Positions 24,949-37,673 of a stretch of 60,108 nt of DNA are shown piece by piece. The stretch covers positions 88,365,851-88,425,958 of the forward strand of contig NC_068981.1 of assembly GCF_001194135.2 (NCBI RefSeq). Reading direction: 5' to 3'. The position numbers and the translations under genes are program-made. The stretch is from Octopus bimaculoides (Eukaryota). The notes below the pieces were generated by a model that was not told the DNA's origin, ran no database searches, and was given only the letters and a program-made list of their open reading frames with translations. Position 1 is the first letter of the stretch. Each line of letters opens with the position of its first letter.

Positions 24949-25604
24949 AATTAGCTCAATTAAATCAGGCTCAGGTAGTGTATATGTACATATACACAGC
25001 CTGACTCAGGATATATTATGTCCTCATCATCAGCACCACCAACAACGCTGCCATTATTTTTAAGTCTGCTTTCCATGCCACCCTGGGTTGGACTAGTCAT
25101 CATGGTCCAAATCATTCCTTATTAATACAAGGACCCACTGCCCTTATAAGTTGATGCTTGTGTGTAGTATTTCGGCTGGGTTTCTATGGTGGGGTATCCT
25201 TCCTATCACTAACCATTTTAGTGAGTGCATTGGGCACATTTTACTGTTGTACTGCTACTAGAGAGGTTTATAATTTTTCGGTGAAATAGGATGGAAGACC
25301 CTCACCTTATGCTCTCTCTCTCTCTCTCTGTCTTTGTCTGTCTGTCTCCCTCTCTCTCTCTCTGTCTTTGTCAGTCTGTTTCCCTCTCTCTCTACTACAC
25401 ACATCTATTATATACATTAGTGACAAACTGGAAGAAATAGTGCTCAGTACTGCATAGGTGGATAAATATTTTTTTAAATAGAAATCAGTAGTCCAATACC
25501 ATAGGTTTCATGCAATTACATTGCATTTATTTGATTGGAGTTCGAATAATGGATGACAACACCACCATCTAATATTCTCATCTATTATTCAAACTTTGAT
25601 TCAT

Positions 25605-25850
25605 CATCATCATTTAACGTCCGCTTTCCATGCTAGCATGGGTTGGACGATTTGACTGAGTACTGGTGAACCAGATAGCTACATCAGGCTCCAATCTGAT
25701 TTGGCAGAGTTTCTACAGCTGGATGCCCTTCCTAATGCCAACCACTCCGAGAGTGTAGTGGGTGCTTTTACGTGCCACCGGCACAAAGGCCAGTCAGGAG
25801 GTACTGGCAACGCCCACACTCAAAATGGTGTATTATATTTGCACAAAACC
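25605..25850 (-). mobile_element. RTE 3' UTR copy with (CAT)n tail on +
   Basis: rc of the 9066-9400 family, with one full double-hairpin unit. Confidence 0.85.
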
Positions 25851-25954
25851 TATGGTAGAGTGGTATGAGTGTTTGTGTGTGTGTGTGTGTGTGAGAGAAA
25901 GAGAGAGAGATAGATAGAGGGAGAGAGATAGATAGACGGAGAGAGAGAGAATAT

Positions 25955-26080
25955 ATGGCATCAGGGTTGGCATCCAACTGTAGAAACCATGCCACAGTAG
26001 ACACTTGGAGCACGATGCAACCCTTGAATCCATCAGATCCTGTAATAAGCATCCAATCCATGCTGGCATGGAACATGTGG
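25955..26080 (+). mobile_element. Older RTE 3'-end fragment, inverted relative to 25605-25850
   Basis: gggttggcatccaactgtagaaaccatgcc...atccaatccatgctggcatggaa. Confidence 0.65.
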
Positions 26081-26499
26081 TGTTGGTGGTGGTGATGGTG
26101 GTGGTAATGATGATGATGAGGAGAATGAGATGATGATGATGATCATGATGATGTGTATATATGAGAAGCAAAATGTTATTGTGAGTTAGTACTTCTAATT
26201 ATATTTTGTTTAATGTTAAATATCAAAATTACTTTTCTATTTTATTTCTTACTTGGCTCCTATGTGATGCAGCTCTGAATTATTTGTAATTGCCTATAAT
26301 TATTTGTTGAGCCCTTTCTTTTGTGAGTTATACTGTGATGAAGATGAGTTGCGATGTACTCTATTGAGTTCATGTGAGTCTTACTACCTCTCTCTCTCTC
26401 ACATTCACTCTTTCCATATACCTCACTCCCTGTTTGTCTGTATCTCTTTCTTTCCCTTTTTCCCCCTACTCCTCTGTTTCTCCTTCTGTCTCTGTCTGT

Positions 26500-26532
26500 C
26501 TGATTCGCACACACGCACGCACACATGCATGT

Positions 26533-26579
<47 letters not shown>

Positions 26580-26599
26580 AGCACACACACACACAAACA

Positions 26600-26650
<51 letters not shown>
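26500..26650. repeat. (CA)n compound microsatellite
   Basis: Directly visible. Confidence 0.95.
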
Positions 26651-27119
26651 TTAGCTCTTGCTCAGGTAATGTATATGTGCGACTCAAGTAACACATGATT
26701 ATTCATGGCTCATCTATTATTATAAAGTTACATATGACTCGTTAGAAGGTTGTCACTAATAATGTAGATAATTTGCTTCATGCTGACATTTACAAAATAG
26801 CTGTTTTGCTGAACCTGTATTAGTGTTGTCAGCTAAAGACCTAAACTTTTTAACAGATCAATTTTCTGCTGATAGATTAAAGTTTTTCCCTTTTTCTTTC
26901 TGTTTCTGCATTTTGTTTTTTGCTCTTGGGGTTGTGTAAGATTATATCCTTTTGTTTTGGTGAAGCAGCGACTGGCAACACTTACCAGGATTTATCAAGC
27001 AATTGAACTGCCTCCAGTGCTTGACTGGCATTATCTATTTTATTAGCTCCAGAGAGATCCTCCTCCTCGTTGTCGTCATTGTCATCATCATCATCATCAT
27101 CATCATCATCAACAACAAC

Positions 27120-27400
27120 AACATTGTTTTAATTTTAATGTGCGCTCTTCTATACTTGCATGGGCCAGATGGAATGTGTCGGGGCAGATTTTCTATGGCC
27201 GGATGCCCTTCCTGTCACCAATCCTCACCTGTTTCTTGGGAATTTGACATTTTCCCATGACCAGATTATGTGTTCATGGAAGATCGGAAATGAGGAACAG
27301 CGCTTCCATGATGGTGACTTTCGTTTACGACAATCGCATGAAGTCAAGGCAAAGAGAGTGTAACTCTCTCTCTCACACACACTCACATACACACACAGAT
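27120..27400 (-). mobile_element. SINE B2 body and RTE-type tail
   Basis: rc matches 13320-13545 and 33460-33725. Confidence 0.7.
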
Positions 27401-27495
27401 GCACACATGCACATACACACACACACATGCACATACACACACACACACACACACACGCATATATATCTCGTGTGCATGACTACCACTGTTTGAGT

Positions 27496-27544
<49 letters not shown>

Positions 27545-27639
27545 AGAGTGAGTGAGTGAAAGAACGAGAGTGAGTGAGTGGGTGACGAAGTTTACCTAAA
27601 CATTGAATGGTGTAACAATCTATCATAATTATATCATTA

Positions 27640-27895
27640 TACATCATCACCATCATCATTTAACGTCTGCTTTCCATGCTGGCATGGGTTGGATGGTTTG
27701 ACTGAGGACTGGCAAGTCAGGAGGTTGCAATGAGGCTCCAGTCTGTTCTGGCAAGGTTTCTGCAGCTGGATGCCCTTCCTAATGCCAACCACTCTCAGAG
27801 TGTAGTGGGTGCTTTTCAAGTGCCACTGGCGTGGAGGCCAGTCAGATGGCACTGGCATCAATCATGCTCGAATGGTACTTTTTACATGCTGCTGG
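27640..27895 (-). mobile_element. RTE 3' UTR copy
   Basis: tttaacgtctgctttccatgctggcatgggttggatgg...ggatgcccttcctaatgccaaccactctc. Confidence 0.85.
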
Positions 27896-28579
27896 TAAAA
27901 AATCTAATTTTTTTTTTTCTTACTGAAAATCGCGCAGGTGAAAGGATCAAAATTTACCACACTACTTAATTTATTTCCTGTTATTCCTGTTTTTGAAGAA
28001 GAGCTATGTTTGAAACATAAAACAACTACTCTCTTCTTTCTCCAAGCATCATATTAATACATTGCTTATTTGTTTCTTTTTTTCTTTTCTCTCTGTTTTT
28101 TTAATTGACTATTTATATATATGTGTATACAGTTTACTATCAGTATGTTGTTTATGGGATACATACAATATTGTAGTATATAAGTTAATTCGATGAAGTT
28201 TTGTGCATTGTTGATCAATTAGTCTTTCTGTGTTTTGTGGGAATGGATTGGTTTTGATACACTACATTTAAAACAAAAGTTCCGAGATCAAACCTAGATG
28301 AAAATCTATTGTCATTTTTTGGGGGAAGTGGGGGAGGACATCATGTGTCATCTAAACATCTGTTTTCCAATGGTGGCATGAGTTAGACACATTTGCAAAG
28401 TACCACATGAACAGTCTTAAAGAATACTTTTGAACGTGGGCTGGCTCAGTTGGAGCCTACAAGAACTGATAAAGTTTTGCAGAAAATATGTAGTTTTTTA
28501 ACAAAAACCTTGATTTTGACCTCTGATTCAGTCATATTCAGCTTCAGATTACTCAGTAACACAGCCACAATTGTAAGAG

Positions 28580-28921
28580 CTACTATCATCATCAGCATCA
28601 GAGCCATTGCCTTCATCATCACTCATCATCATTTATTATTCATTGTTGTTATTGTTGTCATCATCATCGTCGTCGTCGTCGTCGTCATCATCATCATCAC
28701 CATCATCATCATCAATGTTATTACCACCATCATTGCTTTAATTATATCACTGACTGGTATAGTCCAATTTCTTTTTCTGTTCCTACTGTTAACCCTTCTC
28801 ACTTTATCTCTTCCCCATCATCTATCTGTCTCTTTTTCTCTCTCTGTCTCTCTCTTTCTGCCTCTCTCTATCTGTCTTTCTCTATCTCTGTATCTCTCTT
28901 TCTTTCTCTCTCTCGTTCTCT

Positions 28922-28970
<49 letters not shown>
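28580..28970. repeat. (CAT/CGT)n plus (CT)n compound microsatellite
   Basis: Directly visible; explains ORF 28450-29043. Confidence 0.9.
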
Positions 28971-28974
<4 letters not shown>

Positions 28975-29438
28975 TTATCCCTCATTGCTCTTATGTTAGC
29001 TATGTCTAACAACATGTTTCCATCTCTTTCTTTTGTTCTGTAGTTTATTTGTAGTTAAATCAATGCCAAAATAGTTCATGTTATGAATCAAGAAATATTA
29101 ATTACATAAAATTACACCTGGAGGGAATCAACTTAATCATTAATTCTGGTCAAGAAAGATAAGCGGGGATTACTCTGAAACTTTTAAATTAGTTGAAATT
29201 CAATGTGAGGATATAGTGGGGAATAAGTCTGATCTGTGGCAGTATATTGACAACTCTGAACATGTTTTAGCCTTATTAGACCTCTTCAGTGAAACATGAT
29301 CTTTATTTGTAACCTCTTTCATTTCACAGTAACTGGGTTAAAACTGGTTATTCCTTCTGTTCTCTCATATATGCTAGAAGGGTATCACCCATTTTTTCTC
29401 CCTGTTTAATGTTCTTCTTCTTTCACAAGCTATCTCCT

Positions 29439-29485
<47 letters not shown>

Positions 29486-29810
29486 TTGTCTCATTTTATA
29501 AAGTGTAAAGAGATTTGGAATTAACTTGCTTCAATGATAATATACACATTAGAATCTACTTTGGACTTTAAAAAGAAAGTAAAAGCTTTTTTTAATCAAT
29601 CATCATCATCATCATCGTTACACACATACACACATAAGTATCTGTTGTTTAGTCTGTGCATATCTATATATGTATACACCTCTTGCTGTCTATTCACATA
29701 AATAATGCATACATTTATAGTGTCTGTTTGTATTTATAAACTTATATGCATGTGGATGTTCTTGGCTCGACAGTTGAAAATGTTGTAATATCATCTGCTT
29801 TTAATTTCAG

Positions 29811-30181
29811 ATTCAGATGATGGATCTCGGTTTAAGTGGAAAGCCAGGGATAAAGTCTTAGCATTACTTCGTAAAACAGTCAATGAAAATTGCTTTAATT
29901 CTTCACAGTCTTCTTCTCCCAAGAATTCTGTCTGCAATTCTAATTCAAACCAATCTGACTCTTCTGATAGCAACGAAGATACTTTTGTCTACCCTCTCAT
30001 ACAAATGGGACCACTTGGAATTTTGGATGATGAAGAAATTACAAAACACCTTCTAAGATCAGCTACACAAGAAGATGAGATTCTGCTGGCTTCTGGCTAC
30101 TTCAATCTTACTGACCACTACCTAAAGTTAATCCTAGAGAAATCTTGTGCCAGATTTAAAATAATGATGGCTTCTCCTGAG
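29811..30181 (+). CDS. PGS1: PGS1 internal exon (first one recognisable in the window)
   Basis: Acceptor ttttaatttcAG at 29809-29810, donor GAG|GTatt at 30182. Reads (x)SDDGSRFKWKARDKV...EDTFVYPLIQMGPLG...ILLASGYFNLTDHYLKLIL...FKIMMASPE, matching remembered PGS1 motifs DTWIYPLIQM, TGYFNLT and LASPE. Confidence 0.92.
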
Positions 30182-30269
30182 GTATTACTTTCTGTTTCAT
30201 TTATTTTTTTTTCTCCCCTTATTATTACTTCTTTCATTGTGTCTTTGTCACTGATTGGCATATGGAGGT

Positions 30270-30500
30270 GCTTGGCTTAGTTGTTAGGGTGTTGGACTCT
30301 TAATCATAAGATTGTGGTTTTGATTCCTGGACCAGGTGACATGTGTTCTTGAGCAAAACACTTCATTTCACGTTGCTCCAGTCCACTCAGATGGTGAAAA
30401 GAAGTAATCCTGTGACAGACTGGTAACCCATCCAGGTGGGGAATATATACGCCATGGAAACTGGGAAACCGGCCCTTATGAATCAATATGACTCAAGAAG
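30270..30500 (+). mobile_element. SINE family C (tRNA head plus V-domain-like core)
   Basis: tggcttagttgttagggtgttggactc...gtggttttgattcctggacc (A/B boxes), then cctgtgacagactggtaacccatccagg, which resembles the remembered V-SINE core. Confidence 0.7.
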
Positions 30501-30659
30501 GTAACTTTACTTACTCTTACACTGATTAGCATGAAGTTGCCCCACAGACATGCTATCTTTGGACTCTGTTTTTTTTTCTTTAATGAAACCATTATCATAT
30601 ATTGTGTCTATGTTCTCTTCCCTCCCATGCCCCACACTAATCATTATTTACAATCCAAT

Positions 30660-30885
30660 CCTAAGGCAACAAGCTGGAAGAATTGTTACTGCACCGGACA
30701 AAATGCTTAGCAGCATTTCTTCTGGTTTTACATTCTGAGTTCAAATTCTGTTGAGGCTGACTTAGCCTTTCATCCTCTTGGGGGTCAATAAATAAGTACC
30801 AGTCAAGTACTGAGGTCAATGAAATTGCCTAGCTCCCTCCCCTAATACTTCAGGCCTTGTGCCTATCGTAGAAAAGATTATTTTC
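30660..30885 (+). mobile_element. SINE family A solo copy
   Basis: Same unit as the 2078-3420 array. Confidence 0.8.
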
Positions 30886-30901
30886 AAGGCATTTTCCCCA
30901 G

Positions 30902-31013
30902 CAGTGCTTTCTTAAAGTATGGGCACACTGGGCAGTTGCTTGGGGTCCTCAGGGGTCTAGGGACCCAGTGCACTGATTTGGCCAGAGGCCTATAATGCTG
31001 TTAAGACAGCTGT
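30902..31013. mobile_element. Probable hAT-like MITE (decayed)
   Basis: Imperfect TIRs cagtgctttcttaa ... gttaagacagctgtg. Confidence 0.4.
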
Positions 31014-31244
31014 GTTACCTAGAACATCAGCCTCCCTGCCTGTGTTTACCCTGAACATGAATCTTACATTAAACTTACTGCTTTTGGAGAGTTTGCAAAG
31101 ACAATGTGCACAGAAGTTCTTTCTAAATAAAAACCCTTTAAAAAACATATTTTAACAGCAGTCTTTCTGTTATTTATGAGATAATATTTAATATCATACA
31201 ATATGTAATATTATTACAATATTAAAAGGGTAAAGACTTCCCCT

Positions 31245-31550
31245 GGTCACGAATGACCATGGGATTGCACCTAGAAAAAGCTCTCTTCCAAGGCACAAGT
31301 CCAGACAAGATTGTTTATGGAAGACCAACAGTTGTCTATGCATACCAGCCTCCCCTCTCTACACCACCAATATTATCCAAGGCCAACGCAGCTTGGTACC
31401 AGTGACATTGCAACTCATTTCTACAGCTGAGTGAACTGGAGCAACATGAAATAAAGTGTCTTGCTCAAGAACACAGCACACAGCCTGGTCTGGGAATCGA
31501 ACTCACAACCTGACAATTGTAAGCCCAACACCCTAAACACCGAGCCACAT
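31245..31550 (-). mobile_element. SINE family C variant
   Basis: Homologous to 54860-55183; the tRNA-like head is at the right end. Confidence 0.75.
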
Positions 31551-31799
31551 CAAATTTGTTTTTGTTTACTTATATAGAATCGAGTGTTGATATTTTGCAT
31601 TTAAAACAAAAAGTTCTGAGATCAAACAAAGATGAAAATCCATCATCCTCCTCATCATCATCATTGGCAGTGGTGGCATGGTTGTCATCATTGCTGTCCT
31701 TCTCATTGTTGCTTTAACATCGGTTTTGCTATGCTGGCATGATTTAAACAAGTTTGCCGTATAGCTCATCAACAGTCTTAAAGAATTTGATCTATTTAG

Positions 31800-31960
31800 A
31801 CACAGGAGTGGCTGTGTGGTAAGTAGCTTGCTTATCAACTACATGGTTCTGGGTTCATTCCCACTACGTGGCACCTTGGGCAAGTGTCTTCTACTAAACC
31901 CCCAGGCCAACCAAAGCCTTATGAGTGGATTTGTTAGACGGAAACTGAAAGAAGCCTGTC

Positions 31961-32042
<82 letters not shown>

Positions 32043-32250
32043 ATAGGTTTGTGTGTCTGTGTTTGTCCCCCACAACATCGCTTGACAACTGATGCTGGTG
32101 TGTTTACATCCCAGTAACTTGGCGGTTCGGCAAAAGAGACCGATAGAATAAGTAATAGGCTTACAAAGAATAAGTCCTGGGGTTGATTTGCTTGACTAAA
32201 GGCGGTGCTCCAGCATGGCCACAGTCAAATGACTGAAACAAGTAAAAGAG
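31800..32250 (+). mobile_element. SINE family B1 with a long internal (TA)n
   Basis: Full head, CORE-like segment and tail ...gactgaaacaagtaaaagag. Confidence 0.85.
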
Positions 32251-32330
32251 TATCCATTGTTCTGCATATTTGATTGTTTTTTTGTGTGTGTGTGTGTGTT
32301 TGTGTGTTGAGGATGAAGAGTGAACTAGAT

Positions 32331-32518
32331 CAGTGCTTTGCAACTGGTATGCTGTGGCACACTAGTGTGCCACGAGATGATGCTAGGAGTACTGCAGTGT
32401 AACCTGAATATAATTTTTTTTCCCTGATACTTTTAGTTATATTTTTAGTTCAGGTGTGCTGCTGAATTTTGAAAAGAATATAAGTGTACCACAAGTGAAA
32501 AAAGGTTGTGGAGCACTG
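32331..32518. mobile_element. hAT/Charlie-like MITE
   Basis: TIRs CAGTGCTTTGCAAC ... GGTTGTGGAGCACTG; 8 bp TSD aactagat/aattagat; internal perfect palindrome gtggcacactagtgtgccac (32354-32373). Confidence 0.8.
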
Positions 32519-33459
32519 AATTAGATGATTTTTGTTGTGATCTTGGAAAGTAGCTTTTGCATCATTTGTAACCATCCTTTTCTTATATTATTTTCATTTT
32601 GGAGTAGCATTTCACCTTAACAGCTACTCTTTATTGTAGCATACAAAACTTTATGAGTGTTGAGAGTCTTACCATCATGGTTCTGTCTGATTTGTCTATT
32701 CTTTTAACACTGTCTTTTCTGTAGCAAAAGAATCCATATCTGGAGATATAAAACTTATACCAGTAGCAAAGGGATCAAACATTGAAGTAATAACAGTGTG
32801 GTAGTGATGAGACTGAGAGGAAGATTCTTATTGAAATATCAGAACAGTCAGGAGATATGGGAAAAGGGAAAGAGAGATGGGGCTATTAGGTATTATTATT
32901 TTTTTTTTTAAGAAAATTGAACAAGAAATAGTTGAATTATTATCCTGATGGAGATGTTTAAAGTGAAAATGTGTGAAAAGTTTCTAAGTACAGCAGCAAG
33001 TTTATAAGTAAAGGATATGGACTGGAAAGTATGTAAGAGAGAGGTCAGAAGTAAGGTGAAAATGTCTTGTTTATATGGAAGGCAAATAAAAACTAATGGG
33101 AAATTTTTTTGTCTAGGAGATGATTTGAGAACATACTGATTGAAATATTGTGTAGAGGCACAAAAATATGAGGTTAATAGTTCAGAAAACACAAAACTAC
33201 ACTAGCAGATAAATCATTGTGGGTATAAGTTAAGCTAGCTATGGTTGCTTAAGTTTATAAATATACAGATTTGGAGCAATATAGAAGAAATCCAAAGAAG
33301 CATGAGTTGGGGTGATTTGAACTCAGAAGAAAAGAACTAAAAATTTAATGGTACATCCATTCATCATCATCATCATCATCGCCACCACTATTAACACCAT
33401 GATCATCACTATCACCACCACAACCATCATCATCTTCATCGTATGTGTGTGTGTGTGGA

Positions 33460-33725
33460 TGTGTGCGGATGTGTGTGTTATCGTCTCCTTGTGTTGACAT
33501 TGCATGACTGTTGTAAACAAATGTGACCATCAGGGCAAGCAGTGTCCTTCATCCTCAATCTCCTGAGAAAGTACGTCTGATTAAGGGGAAATATTAAACT
33601 TATCTCTGGAATCAGGTGATATTTGGTGACAGGAAGGCATCCAACCATATAAAAAATCTACCTAAAAAAAATTTCCACCTGACCCATACAAGCATGGAAA
33701 AGTGAACATTAAAATGACGATAATG
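33460..33725 (+). mobile_element. SINE B2 body plus RTE-type tail
   Basis: ...ggaaggcatccaaccatataaaa...catacaagcatggaaaagtgaacattaaaatgacgataatg. Confidence 0.7.
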
Positions 33726-34109
33726 ATAATGATGGTGGTGGTGGTGGTCGTCGTCGTTTTGGTGGTGGCAGCGGCGGTGGCAGCAGCGATGATGATGATG
33801 ATGATGAAATACCACCAATAATTTCTTTTGAATCTGAGAAATGAAAATATGTGATGGTTCCTCCTACTCCCTTCATATATCAAACTGCTTCAAAAGAATC
33901 TTGATGACAGGTCTCAATAACATCATAAAACTCTTGGATGATCTTCTGAGTCTTGTTGTAGACCCTCCCCTCCCCCCAATAGTGACATAGCCATTTTTGC
34001 TGAACATGTTTAAATGTATTTTTCAATAGTCTCTCTCTGGTTTGTCCTTCAATTTTGATGATGGTGAGAGGATTGGGATGTGAAAGAAACTATGTTAAGT
34101 TTATGTTTT

Positions 34110-34395
34110 AAAGTATCTTCTTTCTTTTACTTGTTTCAATCACTGGAATGTGGTCATGCTGGAGCTTTGCTTCGAATTGTTTAGTCAAACAAATCAGCCC
34201 CAGTACTTATTTTTAAGCCCGGTGCTTATTCTGTAGGTTCTCTTTGGGGATGTAAGCAAACCAACTCTGGTTGTCTAGCAAAGGTGGTGGGGCCTAATAC
34301 AAACTCAAAGACAAACACACACACATGTATGTGTATGTTTGTGTGTACATGTGTGTATGTGTGTGTGTGCATATATATATATATGCATGTGTATG

Positions 34396-34429
<34 letters not shown>
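34110..34429 (-). mobile_element. SINE family B1 (runs into gap)
   Basis: rc of the B1 tail and body. Confidence 0.75.
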
Positions 34430-35029
34430 NNNNNNNNNNNNNNNNNNNNNNNNNNNNNNNNNNNNNNNNNNNNNNNNNNNNNNNNNNNNNNNNNNNNNNN
34501 NNNNNNNNNNNNNNNNNNNNNNNNNNNNNNNNNNNNNNNNNNNNNNNNNNNNNNNNNNNNNNNNNNNNNNNNNNNNNNNNNNNNNNNNNNNNNNNNNNNN
34601 NNNNNNNNNNNNNNNNNNNNNNNNNNNNNNNNNNNNNNNNNNNNNNNNNNNNNNNNNNNNNNNNNNNNNNNNNNNNNNNNNNNNNNNNNNNNNNNNNNNN
34701 NNNNNNNNNNNNNNNNNNNNNNNNNNNNNNNNNNNNNNNNNNNNNNNNNNNNNNNNNNNNNNNNNNNNNNNNNNNNNNNNNNNNNNNNNNNNNNNNNNNN
34801 NNNNNNNNNNNNNNNNNNNNNNNNNNNNNNNNNNNNNNNNNNNNNNNNNNNNNNNNNNNNNNNNNNNNNNNNNNNNNNNNNNNNNNNNNNNNNNNNNNNN
34901 NNNNNNNNNNNNNNNNNNNNNNNNNNNNCAAATCAAATCACTTAAAAAAAAAACAAAAAAGAAAACAAAAAACAATACCCTGTAACACTAATTATCCAAA
35001 ATCTGGGTAATCTTAGAAAATTTATATCA

Positions 35030-35300
35030 TTGCTTCTACCACCACCATCTTTGCTGTCATTTCCACCATCAGCACCACCACCACTACCACCACCACCACC
35101 AGCACCAGCACCACCACTACCAACACCACCACCATTTTCATTATCATCTTCATCACCATCAACATCCCGTTGTTGTTGTTGTTGTTGTTGTTGTTGATGA
35201 TGATGATGGTGGTGGTGGTGGTGGTGGTGGTGGTGGTGGTGATGATGGTGGAAGTGGTGATGAGAATGCTGCTGCTACGTTCTGTCATCACCATCATCCA
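35030..35300. repeat. Compound trinucleotide repeat (CAC)n(CAT)n-(GTT)n-(GAT)n(GGT)n
   Basis: Directly visible. Confidence 0.9.
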
Positions 35301-37673
35301 TGTTACTCTCGCTTTTACCATCACCAATATTTCTATTGTCTGAGATTGTCGTGTTGACACAAAGGTGATACAACAAATGCTGGAATCAGTGCATGTTAAG
35401 TTGCTGGTCAAAAGTTCATCCATTGTGCTTTGCTATCAATCATTGATTTTTTTTTTTCTAGAAGTCATTCTAATGGGAAATAACAGGAAGAAAAATTCAT
35501 ACGCAGGATTTATTGGAAAGAATATCGATTTATTCTCAAGCAGGGATATTCAGCAATTTAGATATTGCTTAGGATACTTAAGATTGACCATAGGTATATC
35601 AATGTGGTGGATGGAGAAATGGCTGAGTGGCTAAACGTATTGAACCACCACCACCACCACCACTGCCATCACCACTACTGCCACCATATTGATCTTAGTT
35701 TCAAATCAACTGCAGGTGTCTAATTCTTTGTAACATTAATTCACTTAGCTGTTGGGAGACCTACATGATTCTCATTGAATCTTTTCCATAATAAACTGTC
35801 ATTGCCTCAAGAATATGGTTTTCCTCACCTCATTATTGGATGTGGGATTAAGAAGTTTGTTTCTCAATCACACAGTTCCTGGTTCAATCTCACTGCATGG
35901 TGCCTTTGGAAAGTATCTTCTATCAAAACTTTGAGTTGACTCAAGTCTTGTGAACGAAAATTGGGTAGACAAAACCTATGCAGAATGCCATCAGATGACC
36001 TGTACATATTTTTATGATGTAAACTTAATTTGATGTCCAGTTTAACACCACTCCTTGTATCTAAGCAGCTGTTAGCAAAGTCCACTCTGCTAAAACCATC
36101 AAGCATATGATGACTTTCTTCCTCTTATCAGTCATGGAGGTCTCACTGCTGTTCTAGTTCTGACTAAGCCATCCTTTTGTGACTTTAGAGACATTTAAAA
36201 CATGAATCAGTGCAAAAGGGCTCCCAGTCCCTTAAGTAGTGATTTGAAATCCTAACTGCTACATACTCTGTCAAACACTATGAGCGAACCATCATGGTTT
36301 CATGTAATTGGTGTATTAATTAACCAATCAGCTCGAGGCTATTGCATGATATAGTTTTCCTGAACTTTCTAGAATTTGGCTTCCAGTCCCCTATAAAAAC
36401 TGTTTGGCACCTGGCCTAGAGCACAGATGACTAAGGACAGACAGCCAAGGACCACTTTTATCATGGAAATTTGTGCAGTTGGCTTCATATATTTTTGGGC
36501 TGACTACATGTTGTCATACAGAGAGCTTTCTATAATTTCAGAGCATCTCTTTCACAGAGAGAGAGAGAGAGAGAGAGAGAGCAAATATCTATGTTGTTTA
36601 TTGTAAACAGCCAATGCCAGATATCTTTATGTCTGGCAATAAATATTCACTGAAATGTTCACAAGTCATTTTGGTTACTATTCACTCAGCCAATAAAATA
36701 TATCTTCATTTGCCAGTGTCACATCACACCAACCAAGTCACTCTTAGCTCCAATTTCATGGTGTTAAGTGGACATGAAATAAATCATTTTTGGGTCTGCA
36801 TAAAAACCACTTCTGTTGCAAATAACATTCTCATGAGATTTGGCACTTATTATTGACAGATAGATTGAAGACTGGGTTAAAAACAAAATCAAAAGTGTAA
36901 CATTATGTTGTGTATTTTTTTTACCCCCAAATCAGAAAAACAATATTATAATCAAATAGTCCAGTTTATGATCCACTTAGCCTTCTGACCTGAACCATTT
37001 ACCTTCTAGCACAGCTAAAGTGTAAGCTACTGAACTCTAGAAAGAAACGTTATAGGTTTATTGCCTATGAGAACTGTCTCCAAAATACAGTTATTCTGTA
37101 TTTTGGAGACAATTTCCATACACAGTAATGTAGATAGATTTTGTTTCTGGCATGACTCATCTTGAAACTTCTCTTGTCAGTTTGAAAATTGGCCATGTGA
37201 GATAGAGACCAGCTCCTCCTGCTGACACTTGCAATAATCCATCTGTGTTGTTGGGGGAACAGGAAAGCTGGGTAGCTATTGAAGACAATAGTAGTTAGTA
37301 AATGTCTCTTTGATGGTAGTCTAATCAAACTGGATTCACACATCATCTCTATCACACCCTTCATGCTTTTGTCATCATCACCATCGTCATTTTTTCAATA
37401 GATTGGTCATCATATTTGCAGTAGCCAACCTCCTACTTATCTTAGATTGGTGATATCTTTTCAGCTGGTTCTAATACTCTTCAGCTTGTAGAAAAGCAAA
37501 AAAGAAAAAATTTTGTTGTTAGATGTTCCTAAAGTTTTCTTCAATCCTACTCTATCTCTGGCCTCAATTTTATCACTTCTTCCCCCCTCTACACTAATTA
37601 TTATTTCAACTACATGTCTCTAGAAATTATATTTAAATAACGCCTTTGAAATTACTTCTTCTTCTCTTTACAG

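Noticed and set aside
28450-29043. 197 aa hydrophobic ORF that looks like a membrane protein
   Set aside because: Composed of (CAT/CGT)n and (CT)n repeats.
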